From Botryllus schlosseri (lineage: Eukaryota), in contig CM119384.1 in NCBI GenBank assembly GCA_051294905.1, forward strand, positions 1,860,001-1,924,000: a stretch of DNA of 64,000 nt, written 5' to 3'. Each line of letters opens with the position of its first letter. Position 1 is the stretch's first letter. This document shows positions 1 through 12,291 of the stretch, piece by piece. The notes below the pieces were generated by a model, which was not told the DNA's origin, did not search any database, and saw nothing but the letters and a program-made list of their open reading frames with translations. Made by a program: the position numbers and the translations under genes.

Positions 1-302
1 TATCGCAAGCTGAACACATGTTAACTCCACTCTGTTCTACTCCACAAGGAACCAAGAAGCCAATTACCAATGGTTAAATGATGATAGGAGAAACTTTTTT
101 TATGACATCACAAAAGGAATGTAATTTGCAAGCTGCACACAGCTGATATGAAAATTGTACGATATGGCACACCCGGTCAACCTGTTCTGAATCAGGTTGT
201 GTATTTATTGTGATAGCTAATCATCGGTCCATTGTAATGAGGATCTCGTACACCCTTCTAGTGGTACACGCTTTAAAAATTATGGTACACCCTGGCTTAG
301 GG

Positions 303-981
303 CATGGGTGGGCGAACTGCGGCCCGCAACATAGTTTTTTGCTGCCCGCGAAAGGCTCGGCGCGATAGCTTGACCTCAAGGCCCACGCTTGTGAAAGGCT
401 TAAACTGCTAAACATCACAGAAAGTCAAAACGGGAGTGAATTTCGGATCACGAGGGTAGTTTTACATTGGCCACTCCAGCAAATATTTTACTTGTAGTGC
501 TGTACTCGAAAAAAACGATTCGCGCGTATATTAGGTAGAATCGTTCTCAATATGTGCAGAAGTATTTATATTTATAAAATCTATATATTTTAGTGGGGGC
601 GTATTTGAAGCTAACATGGTTATGAAGCTGTCAGCATTGTGTGTCCTGGAGTTGATCAAAAAGTAGAATCAGCGAATATGAACAGATCACTGCTCGGTGC
701 TCATGTTCACCGATTCAAATCTCTATCCCGTTCTAAGAATCGGGACAACCGATTTTCCTCCCTAGTTTTAAAAATTGGCTGAGGTTGACCAGCTTAAGAA
801 ATTTTGACCATGTTTCTGACTCGTGTAATAAACAAACATGTATAATATTTCCATATCCTCAATATATAATGAAATACCAATGTTGCGTTTTGGTTTATAA
901 TCCGAATTTTACATAGTTCGACCCGTGAATAGATTATGATGTTGAATGCGGCCCACGAGCTAAAAAGTTTGCCCACCACTG
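303..981. mobile_element. Degenerate hAT-type MITE
   Basis: Imperfect TIRs: CATGGGTGGGCGAACT at 303 and AGTTTGCCCACCACTG ending at 981, with subterminal GCGGCCC motifs at both ends. The TSD is not clean. Confidence 0.5.
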
Positions 982-1878
982 CCCATAGGGTTTACGATAC
1001 ACCCGGTTGAAGAGCTCTGATCTTCGGAATGTTACGCCCTACACCCATTTCTCAAAAAGCATATTACACACAATCCATCAAATGAGTAGGCCTATCCTAT
1101 GTTTACAAATTCAATGCGAGCGTTGAAGTTCGTCAGCCAGTTGTGCGAAACGAGGCAGTATAGCTCTTCCCACAAGCGTATCAACATACTTCATATCATT
1201 TCTTTTTCATTCTATTACAACGAAATCCTTGATCACAAAGGTAAATCATTGACATGCGCACAAGAATGGAAATCGATTTTTGACTGAGATCTCGGCAGTC
1301 AGGAATGTTGAGAAGCTATTTCAGAACCTTTGAATTAAATCTCACCGTATAGTTCATTATGTTTCCTCACCAATCACGAAAGACAGAAGACGCAACTAGC
1401 AAGCTAATCACATGATAATTGTACCCTATAAGGAACCATAACCATCAGTTAACTCGTTAGGAGAAAATTCTTGCCCATCACAAATATAATGTAGGCTACA
1501 TTGTACAAGTACTTACAGGTACAAGTAGCTATTTCCGAGACATGTCCAGTGTCCACATAATTCAAGTGGAAGTACTTTTAGATGCAGATGGAAAGGCGGC
1601 TACTTTTGAGATTGCGACTGATACAAAAGGGCAAATGGCACCGCAGTCGTAATGATCATTTTTCTCATCGGCAAAACCGATTTGAGTACTCCAAAAAAGT
1701 GATGATTACTGACCACCCGAGTCATCGGGCTATTGTACTGCGGTAACTGGTACGCCGCATCAATGCTGTACAGCCCCTATAATGATGGTACACGCTGGGG
1801 TGTAGGATAAATCAGGTTTAAAAGCGCTGGTTATAGCATTTTCAAAACCATCAATCGTTTCACAACGTTTGTCTCCAG

Positions 1879-2404
1879 GGCTCGAGGAATTGCATCTAAT
1901 GACAAAGGACGGGGATATGGAATTGGAAATCAACATGATCACGAAAGATACAGGAACTCACTGGGTCGCTAAATACAGGCAAGCTCGATTCGTCCATTCA
2001 TGCACAAATTATGAATTGATGGAATAAAAGCTGGTGAAAATAGGCATATTGACTCGTTGATGATGTTTGACGATTTTTCAACATCCAGCGACTTCCGCAT
2101 CAGCCCCGGATCCGACTCCTACCGACTGCACGTATCTGAATACTCCGGGAATGCAACCTACGATTGTCTCACATATCACAACAATTTTCAATTCTCAACG
2201 AAAGACGCGGATCACGATGGTTCGTCGTCAGGGAATTGCGCTTCCGTCTTCGAAGGAGCCTGGTGGTATCGCAACTGCGCCAGGAGCAATCTGAATGGAA
2301 ACTTCCACAGAGCAGGCGCGAAGGGATTTTGGTGGAATTTTGATGGGGTTTCCTCCCACCGCCGCCTGCGCTTCTCGGAAATGAAGATGCGTAAAAGATC
2401 GTGA
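1879..2404 (+). CDS. Fibrinogen-related domain (FReD; ficolin/tenascin/angiopoietin-like) gene copy A, last two exons (1879-1978, 2089-2404)
   Basis: Spliced translation GLEELHLMTKDGDMELEINMITKDTGTHWVAKY-S-DFRISPGSDSYRLHVSEYSGNATYDCLTYHNNFQFSTKDADHD...NCASVFEGAWWYRNCARSNLNG...FSEMKMRKRS* contains the FSTKD.D.D, NCA, GAWWY..C..SNLNG and MK.R FReD motifs. Phases fit; the intron is GC-AG. No upstream exons recognised in the window. Confidence 0.85.
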
Positions 2405-3650
2405 AAAGCAGAAGTGACGTCACGGCCCCCAAGATCCTGACTTTCTTTAGTGCTCACTAACGGCTTTGAAAATGACATTGTGGGAACAGTTCTTTGTTAT
2501 TCCCACTCGAAAAAACTTTTACTTTGACGATTCTTCATCTTTAATTCTTTCTGACTATTGTTTCAGTCTGGTTTCTTTCAATTTATATTATTATTATTCA
2601 CCTATTATTAATTATCATTTATTATTATTCACCTATAAATATTTTCGTGTCATGTTCATTTTGACGTGAAAGACGCATTAAAATATGAAGAAAATCCAGA
2701 AGCTACTTGCGACCTTTCTACTTTTGGTATTTAACGAAAAATCTCAAAAAAGAGAACAAAATCTAAAAAAAGAGGACAAAATCTCAAAAAAGAGGACATT
2801 TGGGCGTCCTCCGAAGACACTTTCAAAAAAGTCAAAAAAGAGGACAAATCCTATTAAAAGAGGACATATGGCAACCCTATGCAATTCCCGATAAAATTGA
2901 CCGATTCAATCTTGAATTATAGAAATTTTAGACAGAGCAGCACAACATATCTCGCTGATAAGTAGTGGGCAAAAGTTTAGCCCGATGGGGGTCTGGGGGC
3001 GAAGCCCCCATAAGTATGGTAATCACCCTTTGGGGGCCAAAGACCAATGTTTTTTGGGGCTGACGAAGTGCTCTCTCGGTCCTGACTATAGAGCCACATT
3101 TCTATTGTATTATCCACATTTTAATTTTACAGGACAGGATATATATCATCCTTGAATGATTCATACACAAGAGTATCCGTGGCTTGTCTATGTTATAAAA
3201 ACTATAACATATGAAAAAAGGAAGAATATTTTGAAATGAATACTTCCATGATAATTGCACAGTGAATATTTCGAGATGTGCCACAATGAAACCATTCTAC
3301 ATGCCATCGTCAACAATATGTTTGCATATGTTTAATGGTTATATGAAATAATAATAATAATATTATAATAATTTATAGAGCGCCGAATATAACAAGATAT
3401 CATTTTTTGTTTGTAATATTTTATTCGGCATGTTCAAAACATGAAGTATGCACACTGAATAAATATACTTGCGACTTCGGTCACCTTGCGAAAATTTAAA
3501 AACATAAACTCAGAACAAAACCCACCATTTACGGTGGTGGGGAAAAGATTTTATTTGACACTAGGCCGCTGTACATAAAAGGCAATAAAATATAAAAGTA
3601 AACGATATGTATAAAAGACGAAGTGCATAGCTGTAGGGTGGAATGAACAC

Positions 3651-4736
3651 CAGAGGTGGTCAGTAACGAAGTACTTCTACTTTTTGGAAGTACTCAAGTA
3701 GTTTTCCTCTACTTCTGGTACTTACTCAAGTAGATCTGATTTTCTCTACTTCTACTTATACTTCGAAATATTTTATGATCTACTTACTTACTTTTCGCTA
3801 TTTTCAGTTTGTCAAGTAGAAGTAGTTTAAGCCCCCAATGCGAAAGATAGCTTGGGGAATTTCGGGGCTGTTTTTACGGAGTACCAAAATTTAATTTTCA
3901 TAAAAGTCAAGTAAAGCCCAGAAATTTTGTTGCGCTTCGCGCACAGTAGTTATGGAGTGACAAATATTTTTTCACGAAAGTATCAGTGAATATAATTTAG
4001 GTATCAGATTGCTTGGTTCCGCTCACACCGCATTGTCGCCCATATGAAATATTTCATCACAGTAAATATGGCCCACCATAACGTTTGAAACTACCGTTTC
4101 GCAATCTAGCAATTACCAATCATATCGTAATCTAGCAGCCCATTACGGGTCTTGCGGGGCCCCGGGTCTTGCTAATCTGGAAAGTCCAGCTTTTTCGAGC
4201 TACACTAAATATAACTTTTACGACCTACAATATTTGTTATTAACGTGTACTAATCGCGCAAAGTGATGAAGTCGTATCCGATGAAACTGCTATGTATTGC
4301 TCTTCGCCTAACCTTGGGGCCTTATAATTTGGGCAGGGCGCCATGCCATGATATTCTCTAAAACGGGGTCTTCCAGTAAACAAAGGATTAGTATCCCATT
4401 TTCATATCAATACTATAATTTGCATCCCATGATACGAAAAAATGCTTATGCTGTTGTAAATTGATACCTCCTGGGATGCATCAATACGAATCAAGCTCTC
4501 TGAACCTACCGCGTAGCTCAATTCGCAGCTTTTGACAGTATATGCTAACGAATTAAGACTGTTTTCAAAACTACTTACTTACGTGAGTAGATTTAAAGTC
4601 AGTCAATTCTACTTCTACTTCAAGTAGTTTTAGGTGGCTTATTGAAGAAGTACTTCTACTCGTACTTGAGTAGATTTTTTCGTGGCTACTTCTACTTCTA
4701 CTTGAGTAGCTTTCTTGACTACTTTGACCACCTCTG
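3651..4736. mobile_element. Non-autonomous hAT element (1086 bp)
   Basis: TIR CAGAGGTGGTCA at 3651 and TGACCACCTCTG ending at 4736, with a perfect 8-bp TSD ATGAACAC on both sides and subterminal TACTTCTAC/GTAGAAGTA repeats. Confidence 0.85.
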
Positions 4737-4911
4737 ATGAACACTACTCTACTAAGTAACGGTATAAATGAAGCGCAAACTTTATAGTGGACGTTCGAGC
4801 GGATCTTTCTGGAGTAGGAATGGGAAAATGACCTTTTTTTCGTCAACACAACAGGAATTTTAGAAGCCGTAGTTTTCTAGACCGGTCTCCTGACTTTTGT
4901 GTAAAAAGTGT

Positions 4912-5230
4912 TGGTTCGGTTTATTAGCAATTTTCATCATTTCAAAACACCACAATACTGCGATACAATGAAAAGAGGACGGAGTCGAAACGACTCGGAC
5001 TAGTCTTAGCAATCAGACACCCGCCTGGCCTAGGCGATGTAAAGAGGAGGCATGCACAGTTGACACACTGAATGAAAAGTAAAAGAAGATAATTTAAAAA
5101 AGCAAGAGACAAAAATGAGGCGGCATGTCACGGAAGGCGAGATCGGTCAGGACGTAGTCCGATAATCCTGTACGGATCCCAAAATATGTCACACTAGCGT
5201 TATACAACGTGTGTTGAGTGGATGAAAATA
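4912..5230 (-). mobile_element. SINE-like ~300 bp dispersed repeat (representative copy)
   Basis: The same core recurs at about 42480-42733 plus 43906-44030, 43640-43830, 45766-46035, 48340-48410, 50090-50345, 50580-50730 and 54640-54810. The 3' end is GATGAAAATT..AATAAACC followed by (ATG)n or (TGAC)n tails, e.g. six CAT at 45766-45783. This is typical of retroposed elements using CR1/L2 machinery. No tRNA head recognised. Confidence 0.6.
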
Positions 5231-6784
5231 TAAAACCTTGCGACTGTTTGTTACTTTGTAATCTTCATTTGCGTCCTTTAGCAATCGTTTATAATCAAGC
5301 CTTCTCGAAAAGGATGCTTCAACTGCTATACAAAGCGTCGGAGAACCACCGATATTAGTTATTTAGGCCCTCGCAATGTAGGAAACATTCGAAAGTAATC
5401 GTCCATTGGCAAATTGATTGTAGATTAGCGTCAAGTGATTGCATTTTACAATAATTCGAATGAAATTTATAATCACTTGACGCGAATCTACTATCAATTC
5501 GCCGATGGGAGATTTCCTTCGAATGTTCTCTGCAATACAGAGGGCGTTTTATCTTGCAAGGAACGGACGATTGCGATAATTCCATAATCCATGTAGTTGT
5601 AGGCCTACTTGTACATAACAATGAGCGTTCAGTTGGTCACCGTTGCGAGGTTCAAAAGTATTTTTAATCCAATGTTTACGTATTGGGACAATGCTCTGGT
5701 CTACAGCATTCTCCGTTTGGCGAAAAGTCGCGTCAATTGGCTGTCACATACAGGATCATCGCAAAGATGGCGGCGCAACTGCAAGGAGAGTAGTCCTATA
5801 TTGTCCTCTCTCCAGTCCAGATGATACCACCTGGGACCATAACAATATTCACTCAGGTTCATGAGTCACAGTTGCCGGTATGATGCACAAGCGTTGGATG
5901 CGAAAGATTAGTCTGTTGCGTGAAACCGAAGATTATGGTGACTCTGATGTAGCATAGCCTATGATTTCGAGATGATAGAGAACAACCACCTGACTATGAA
6001 GCGGATGAGCAATGGGCGTTCAATGCAGCAGAGCGTTGAGTCAGAACAATTGTCTGCGCAATAGGGTGTTCAAAAATAACTTTTTTTTTCAGATTCCAAC
6101 CACTCACTGATTAAATTGTCTGGTTATACTCTTAAAAACGCTGCATACCAAATTTGGTTCAATTCTAACCATAATAAGCCGCCGCAGAGCCAATTAAAAT
6201 TTTTGATTTCTTGTAAAAAATTTATATAAAACATTAAAAATCTTGCGTCAACCCCATGAAATTGTTGAGTTGTCTTCAAAAACGATGCAAAACAAATTCG
6301 ACTAAATTCCAACCCGTAGAAGCAGAGTTATTGCAGTTAAAAGTTCTGGATTTGCAAAAATAGCATTGACGGCGGATAATCTCAGAATTATAAATGAAAA
6401 ACTCAAATAACTCGGCTTCTACTGCTAATTGATATTCAATTATCACGCCATAGTGGATTCACATTGACAATTGAAAATATATAGGGTAAATAATATATCT
6501 CCTTTGACGAAATGTCTGTGCTATTGCTGTTGAACCTGTCATTTCGAGAGTTTCAACCATCCCATATCGACATACGTCGTAATCGGATGATAATTGTCCG
6601 TAGGCTCATATTACAAGTTTTTTCGAAAGTACAGTTATGGCATAATTTTTTTTTTAAAAGGCCATTGTTTAAAACACTGTTTAAAAAACATGTTTTCAAC
6701 ATATAGTGTTTTAAAACACCGTTTGTTTTAAATGCAACCATAGTAATAATGTTCTGCGGCCTGTCGCAAATGTCGTTGTAGCCA

Positions 6785-7270
6785 TGTTATCCGTTAGATA
6801 TAGCCTATGCTGGAAAGTTGAGAACCGCTGCAAATCAATACGAATAGTTGTTGCCCGTTTTGTGATGGTCGTGGAAAATTCCACGCCCAAACCGTACAGT
6901 TTGTTCGAAAGTCAAGTTTTCCTTGTTTGCGTCAAATCATCAGATCTGATGGTTCATCAGGTGAGCTTCCTGATAAAAGCGATTCTACGTATTTCAAAAA
7001 CGATATCGATGGTCTGACTTCCTCGAAATCACAGTCGGCGCTGAAACAACGCATATCGTCATTGCACCGTTGCACACGTTTTGCAATTGATAGAAAGTTG
7101 ATTGCGTATCTAAAAATGAAATCCTAATAAATTGTTGCACGCGGAACTATGATAGACATTTGGGTGTGTGGCATTAGTTGAAGTTGGTCGCACTATATTG
7201 CGCACCTACCCACCCCATCTATCTACAAAATTCAGTTCCGAAAATGTCACTCAAGTATTGGATTCTCATT
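6785..7270. repeat. Dispersed ~480 bp repeat, second copy at about 16040-16450
   Basis: Colinear near-identical text (e.g. CGAATAGTTGTTGCCCGTTTTG.GATGGTCGTGGAAAATTCCA) at both sites. Confidence 0.75.
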
Positions 7271-8301
7271 ATGTTCGTGATCGCGGTCTGTTCGCGTTCG
7301 TCAGGTACGAACAAATTGCGTTTCATTTCGAATCGGATTGGAATTTCTCTTTTTCAGCGCAATTTTGCTCGAGAAGTTACGTCGACGGCAAATGGATCTC
7401 AGAGGGGGATTGCGGGGTTGGTATGCAAGCAGTTTTACGTCTGCGACAAACGTTCTACTCTGTGTACATCTCATGTAGGGTGCGGAAATGATGTCGGAGA
7501 TAATGAGGGATCTTCAACGCAGATCAGAAGAAGAGAAGAAATGGATTGTGAGTCGGTTTTGAAATCTTTCAAAATTCCACCGTTTGTAACGTAACGTACA
7601 AGTTCGGATAAGGCCGAGGCATGAAATTTTGAACCATCGAACCTCGAAGTCGAAGAATTCATGAGATTCGTGAGATTTTGATTGCTTATGCCGAATTCCT
7701 TGCAGATTTTCCAGCGAAGAATCAAGGGAAACGTGGATTTTTACCGAGGTTGGAATGATTACGAGAAAGGATTCGGGAATCGTGATGGAGATTTCTGGCT
7801 CGGTAGGAAGGTTTCTAATTTTAACCAAGTCCTTCAAGTGTAAGGATTTTGTCCGGGCTATTGTGTGAGTAATAAAGCTGATTCTGCATTGAATAATATT
7901 TGCTGCTTCATCTAGAGCAGCGCTCTTCAGCCTTTTTCGTCGTGGAACACTCTTTTCACTCAAAACTCGCACTCGTATAGGGTTGTTCAAAAATATCTTT
8001 TTTCGACGGATTCCAGTTATTCACTGATTTAATAGTCAGGTTGCCCTAAAATCGCTGCACAATGAATTTGTTGAGCTGTCTTCAAAGACGATGCAAGACA
8101 AATTCGACTAAATTCCTGCAGTTATTTGAGGTATTCGTTGATAATTCTCGGACAATCCACGACCATTTTCAACACAACTTACCTATATTAAAATCAAAAA
8201 GACCATAGTCACGAATTCGTTATACGTAGCGTGAAGAAAAATTTTGATTAATAAATCTGTCCAGATCATCATATCTTGTTGGTTTGCAAAATAATCTCCA
8301 G

Positions 8302-8948
8302 GGCTCGAGGAATTGCATGAAATGACAAATGATGGAAATATGGAATTGGAAATCAACATGATCACGAAAGATACAGGAATTCATTGGGTTGCAAAATACA
8401 GGTAAGCTTATGAATTATGAATCGGTGGGTTATAAGCCGATGAACAAAGCTAAACAAAGAGACACGAAACATATTCTTGTTATCATTTATACATAACTAA
8501 ACCCTTAATCAATAGAATTATATACCTATCGTCTCGACCAACAAATTTCTTGTTACATAAAAACAGACGTTGGATAAAAGCAGCAAAGCACTCGACGGTG
8601 ATATCCGACTCGGTGATCCCTCCCATCTTTATTCTCATTTCCAGCCACTTCCGTGTCGGACCCGCATCCGACAACTACAGACTGCACGTGTCTGGGCACT
8701 CCGGGAATGCAACCTACGATGGTCTCGCATACCACAACGGCCAACAATTCTCAACGAAAGACGCGGATCACGATGGGTCGTCGTGGACAAATTGCGCTTC
8801 TCTCTACGAAGGAGGCTGGTGGTTTGATTCCCTTTGTGGCAGTAATCTAAACGGGAACTTTAACAACACACAGGGGAGGGGAATCCAGTGGGAAGGCCTT
8901 CCCGCCCTCCTGCAATTCTCGGATATGAAGTTGCGGAAAAGATTGTGA
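8302..8948 (+). CDS. FReD gene copy B, last two exons (8302-8401, 8645-8948)
   Basis: GLEELHEMTNDGNMELEINMITKDTGIHWVAKY-S-HFRVGPASDNYRLHVSGHSGNATYDGLAYHNGQQFSTKDADHDG...NCASLYEGGWWFDSLCGSNLNG...FSDMKLRKRL*. GT-AG intron with the same exon boundaries as copy A. The 3' flank (~9230-9370) matches that of copy A (~2510-2715). Confidence 0.85.
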
Positions 8949-9034
8949 TCTTGACTTTTCTGGAGCTGTGACGTCACACTTTAAAAGGAACCTGTAACGT
9001 CACGCCGACATACGCCTGCGTCGCAGAATTAACC

Positions 9035-9144
9035 TTCCTGTTTAGCGTCATTTACGCCCATTTCACCAACCGTCCTCCTTTGCAGCTTCTAGAACTTCTA
9101 AGATGACGTATAGTGAAATGGGCGTAAATGACGCTAAACAGGAA
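9035..9144. repeat. Perfect 32-bp inverted repeat (small MITE or hairpin)
   Basis: TTCCTGTTTAGCGTCATTTACGCCCATTTCAC at 9035-9066 is the exact reverse complement of 9113-9144; 46-nt spacer. Confidence 0.8.
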
Positions 9145-9645
9145 ATTCGTGGTTCGGACGCAAGTAGCTACTTTTTCGTGGTGAATTTACCATTTTTTCC
9201 CGATTCCAAAATATGATAACATAGTCAATATGACTTTCATTTTGATGATTCGACAAATGTCTAACTATATTGCCCTAACTATTCAGTATTCACCTATAAA
9301 TATTTTCGTGCCATGTTATTTTGATGCATTGAAATCTGAAGAAAATCCAGAAGCTACTTATTGCGATCCCAGCACTTTTTACTTTGGAAATTTCTTCTAC
9401 GTGTATTTGCGTATAACTTTATAATGTTACTTCTACTCCCACTTTCACCAACGACACCATACATTTCCTACTCCCACTCAGAGTTTGTCTGCTCACATAC
9501 CTTGGCAGTCGCTACTTTAGCATTTTGAGAGGTGCTCATTAACGAAGCATTTTTCTTCTTTCCAGGAGTACACAAGTAGATTATGCGTACCTACACTAAT
9601 TACACGAGTGGTTATGTTTTTGGTCTGCTTCTGCTTCAACTTCTA

Positions 9646-11021
9646 GGGGAGACCGGGGACAAATGTAACTAGGGGCAAATGTAACAATCGACCTCACCGC
9701 TAGTAGGATGGAGAAATCAGCTTGATATTTTAAGTGCGCATGCAGTAGTTATCTCTCCTATTATACCTGGAGTTACGTTGAGCTACGATGCGAAACCCCG
9801 GAATAATTTGCAAAAAACGAAATTTTTGACCCTCGAGTAAACTTTTTCTGGTCTGGAATAATTTGTCTCGACGAATAGTACCTCAAGTAGTTACAACGTA
9901 ACATGTGTAGCTGGAACAATGTTACTATAGCCTACCGTGGTGATAGAAAGAATAGGACTTGCATCGCCGGGAAGGTACCATACTGAGACACTAATCATGG
10001 TCGAGCGTGTCAGGGGCAATCGTAACACTCTGTTACTTTTGCCCCGTTACAATATGTTATCAATTCTGAATGTCTTTGTTCATATGTTGGTATTACCATT
10101 CATCTACTGCAGAATAATCTTGCAACAGCCAGAAGTTCACCAGAACAGATACTGCCTTGCGATACCAATTCTAACATGATCATCTGTCGAAACGGCCATA
10201 CAATAGTGGTGATGTGAATCTGACGGTTCGGTTATTTTCGTGATTCAACCACCCTTTCTCATGTTGATCGACTTTTGATGTGTCGAACTTCAATAGTCAT
10301 GGCTTAATTCTCATCCTCTGACTTTGATCATGGCCCACTTACATTTTGATATTTGATGTGAACAATTTATGTTAATTTCCTACAGCACAGATAAATATCA
10401 TTATAGCTTTGACGCCAGACAATGTTGCATCCTCGTTTTACTATACTATCATCGGCCCATTCAACCAAGATATGTTAGCCAAGTCGGTTTCGCACCTTCG
10501 CAGGTGACGGAATGACCAAGCCATTATGCCCGCTGAACAACAGAACCTTGGTAGAAGAGGCCGAATATGTGTAGGGATATGATGGAATGAATGTGTCTCT
10601 TGTACACTTTAAGCTTGAACAAGACACGAAGGGTAATATTGCATTCAGAGGCCATAAATGCGATGGGGCGTAGCCTGGAAGCGTTCAAACGTATCTTCCT
10701 TTAGTTTCATGCAATATTACAATTTGTGCTTCCGTTTTCGTTGTTCATTTAGTTTGTGTTTAGTTATAAATAACACTGTTACAATTGCCCCGCAAGGGTG
10801 GTACAATTGCCCCTGGGTACGGGGCGATTGTAACATTTGAGCAGCGATTTTTGCGACCCAAAATTTCCATGATTGATTGTTGTTTGAGTTCCAATTTAGT
10901 TTTCATATCAACTATCGAGTTGTTGGCTTCTTTATATAAAACTTTGGAAGTGAAATTTCCACGAGAAAAACACGTAATGTTGGAAAATACGAAAAGTGTT
11001 ACAATTGTCCCCGGTCTCCCC
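9646..11021. mobile_element. Non-autonomous TIR element with TA target duplication (1376 bp)
   Basis: 24-bp TIR GGGGAGACCGGGGACAA(A/T)TGTAAC with one mismatch, and TA immediately outside both ends. It appears inserted in a TACTTCTAC-family hAT remnant whose right end (CCACCTCTG) is at 11191. Confidence 0.85.
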
Positions 11022-11261
11022 TACTCTGCTTCCACTTGTACCGAAGAGCTTTACGAGCAAAAATATATATTGGTCTGGAAGACTTAATTACTATTTCACA
11101 CATTTGAAATCGCTACTTCTACTTAGAATAAGTAGCCTACTATTTGTACTTCTATTTGATTATCAACATCCCTATACTTTTACCACCTCTGCATAACAAC
11201 GGTTACCAATTACTTTTCCGAGCAGTCAAGGAGGTTTTGCCCGCTTTTACTACCTAATCGT

Positions 11262-11760
11262 GTGGTTACGTGTTTAGACTGCTTCCAATTATACTCAAGT
11301 ATTTTACGCCAAATTGCTTACTTTTTTGGAAATCGTTTGGGCGACAGGCTGGACAGAAAGTCTTCCTATATCCCTGCCTGGGTTGCGAAGGAAACCGCTG
11401 CACATGCTTCATGCTTGCCGAGGGAAAACAAAGAAGCCCTGGTAAACACGACAAAGGAGCTTCTGAAAATAGAGCAAGGTTCCACCCTCGTTGAATTAAA
11501 CTATACAGATAAACGAATACTATACTTCGTCTGTTCATATCGGGCCCCGGGCGTGCTTTTAAATGCTCTAGGGATTGGCTGAGTCAACCTATTGATATGC
11601 TTTGCCTTTATCAGATTCTTGCAGTCCATGAATTCCTACTTCAGTTCTGTCAAAGTCGTCAATGATGCCGCAGAAAGTGGTGTGAAGCTGAGCACAGACT
11701 ATACAGTATGCGCATCCGCAGGTATACAGACATTAAGTTCTAATTGCTGCAGTACATCGG
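11262..11760 (+). pseudogene. Possible decayed DNA-transposase remnant
   Basis: Broken ORFs include SVKVVNDAAESGVKL, which resembles a VVND-AE-GVKL motif I associate with transposase-like proteins. Interrupted by a stop; recognition from memory only. Confidence 0.3.
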
Positions 11761-12291
11761 AATCGAATCAGGCCGTAGCCGATGGTTCCTATTATAACAA
11801 CTTTGAATTGATGTCGAATACAACGTTAATTAGTGTCGAGTGATCCTCAGGTGGGATTCAAGCGCTAAATATTTCCAATAGTACAGTACCAATAACTCGA
11901 AAAGAGCGACTGGACTTCGACCTCGTACACATTGTATTTTGCTACTCCTTAAAATATGGGGCCATCACTAAATCAGAAGTGAACTCTTGTATACAATAAA
12001 CACTTCTATATTTCTGAAGAAATTCGTGCGAATACAACAGCAACACCGTAAAATACAAACGTAAATTGTGTAATGTAACTATAGGCAATGAAGTGCAAAT
12101 AACAATATGAACAGCTTTTGTTGCACGGCAGAAAAATTCAAAGTCAGAACTGCCACTCAGAAGTACAGATTCGCCAAAAACAAAATCAAGGCAATAACCG
12201 AACGACAGTGAAGATAATGATTTCAGTTTCCACAAAATTACAGAATAAAAGAGTCAGACACCGTGAAGCCTGGCCAACGCCGTTTCTGAAC

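Noticed and set aside
7168-7990. 100-158 aa ORFs on both strands
   Set aside because: No recognisable domain, overlapping frames, and flanked by repeat fragments.
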